Of a DNA stretch of 64,000 nucleotides, positions 63,483-64,000 are shown one piece after another. Origin of the DNA: a bacterium (GTDB lineage Bacteria; Joyebacterota; Joyebacteria; Joyebacterales; Joyebacteraceae). Each line of letters starts with the position of its first letter. Position 1 is the first letter of the stretch. The translations under genes were made by a program, and so were the position numbers. The notes beneath the pieces were generated by a model that saw nothing but the letters and a program-made list of their open reading frames with translations, did no database searches and had not been told where the DNA came from. The stretch covers positions 10,230-74,229 of the forward strand of contig JALGWI010000012.1 in the NCBI GenBank assembly GCA_025774245.1, in the 5' to 3' direction.

Positions 63483-64000
63483 TCACGCCGCCAGCTTCTT
63501 CAGGAGCCACGCCATGTTCCGTCCGAGGGCCTCCATCGTCTTGATTCCCTCCTCGTCGCCCTCAACGTCCCCGATCTCCCTGCCGATGCCCACGTTCCAG
63601 TAGATCGACCCCGGAACGATCATCTCCCCGATGAGGAAGAAGTGGTTCATCGAATCGAACGCGTGGATGCTCCCCGCTCGGCGGACCGCGACGACCGCCG
63701 CTCCGACCTTGCGCCTGAACATGTCCCCGTTCGCCTTCGCAACGAGGCCGGCCCGGTCGATGAGCGCCTTCATCTCGGCCGACACATCGGTGAAGTAGGT
63801 GGGCGAACCGAGGATGATCCCGTCGGCCTCGGTCATCTTCGCGATGCACTCGTTCACGTAGTCGGACCCGACGGCGCACTTCCCGTCCTTCTTCGCGAAG
63901 CACTGGTAGCAGGCGACGCAGCCGTGCATCTTCTTGCCCGAGAGCTGGACGAGCTCCGTCTCGATCCCCGCGGCCTCGAGTTCCGCGAACACGCGCCGGA
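63483..64000 (-). CDS. flavodoxin-like fold FMN reductase / iron-sulfur flavoprotein (N-terminus beyond the right window edge)
   Basis: HGCVACYQCF...CA Cys cluster, DGIILGSPTYF, AAVVAVRRAG. The frame stays open to position 64000 (codons RR precede the GTG at 63992), so the gene is truncated by the window. Confidence 0.7.
   Translation of the reverse strand, partial: RRVFAELEAAGIETELVQLSGKKMHGCVACYQCFAKKDGKCAVGSDYVNECIAKMTEADGIILGSPTYFTDVSAEMKALIDRAGLVAKANGDMFRRKVGAAVVAVRRAGSIHAFDSMNHFFLIGEMIVPGSIYWNVGIGREIGDVEGDEEGIKTMEALGRNMAWLLKKLAA

Overview
GC-rich bacterial chromosomal window from a diderm organism (Mla lipid-transport genes and a Wza-type outer-membrane exporter are present). I support 57 protein-coding genes, and 56 are on the minus strand. 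The only plus-strand gene is an NFACT/RqcH-like gene at 49388-50824. I found no rRNA, tRNA, CRISPR array, transposase or integrase. Many long ORFs in the track, mostly on the plus strand, are Arg/Pro/Gly-rich antisense or run-through artefacts of GC-rich DNA. Several minus-strand ORFs carry spurious N-terminal extensions. I trimmed those to internal ATG/GTG/TTG starts that have a GGAGG-like ribosome-binding site or a 4-nt ATGA overlap with the upstream gene.

Layout:
(1) Positions ~950-26270 hold one 18-gene, ~25 kb minus-strand exopolysaccharide/exosortase operon. In transcription order it encodes: Wza-like exporter, Wzc-like tyrosine-kinase co-polymerase, a 119-aa EamA/ArnE-like protein, a Wzy/O-antigen-ligase-like protein, a heparinase II/III-like lyase, GT4, a CapK/PaaK-like adenylating enzyme, a tandem double GT4, a polysaccharide deacetylase, GT4, a GT4 fused to a priming sugar-phosphate transferase, exosortase, EpsI, an unknown 6-TM protein, a TPR lipoprotein, a PrsR-like sigma-54 activator, a PEGA lipoprotein and an FN3 lipoprotein. 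The operon is bracketed by a sigma-54-type promoter candidate at 26257-26272 and a strong GC hairpin terminator at 952-988. A second sigma-54-type promoter candidate (795-810) drives a secreted FN3-like protein that runs off the left edge.
(2) Positions 26.3-51.3 kb are housekeeping genes: ddl, gltX, rhomboid, ispDF, radA, mlaD/F/E, dnaB, UDG, coaBC, rpoZ, gmk, remA, yicC, msrB.
(3) Positions 51.4-64 kb are accessory-looking. They hold an interrupted lipoprotein ORF with an in-frame TGA upstream of msrB, a DUF374 protein, a VOC-methyltransferase fusion, a small PAS protein, a SnoaL-like lipoprotein, an S9 peptidase, a lower-GC block with two paralogous sugar-transfer-associated ATP-grasp genes plus a methyltransferase, an Smr gene overlapping an acyl-CoA/ACP synthetase, arfB, and a truncated flavoprotein gene.

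Most noteworthy: the PrsR-like activator has a degenerate Walker B and GAFTGA loop and no partner kinase. Three sigma-54-like promoters share GGCA(C/T)-N6-(A/G)TGCA. The EPS operon has no MOP-family flippase. The ATP-grasp pair plus methyltransferase island is uncharacterized. The TGA-interrupted lipoprotein lies next to msrB. All family assignments come from motif recognition by eye and need HMM/BLAST confirmation.
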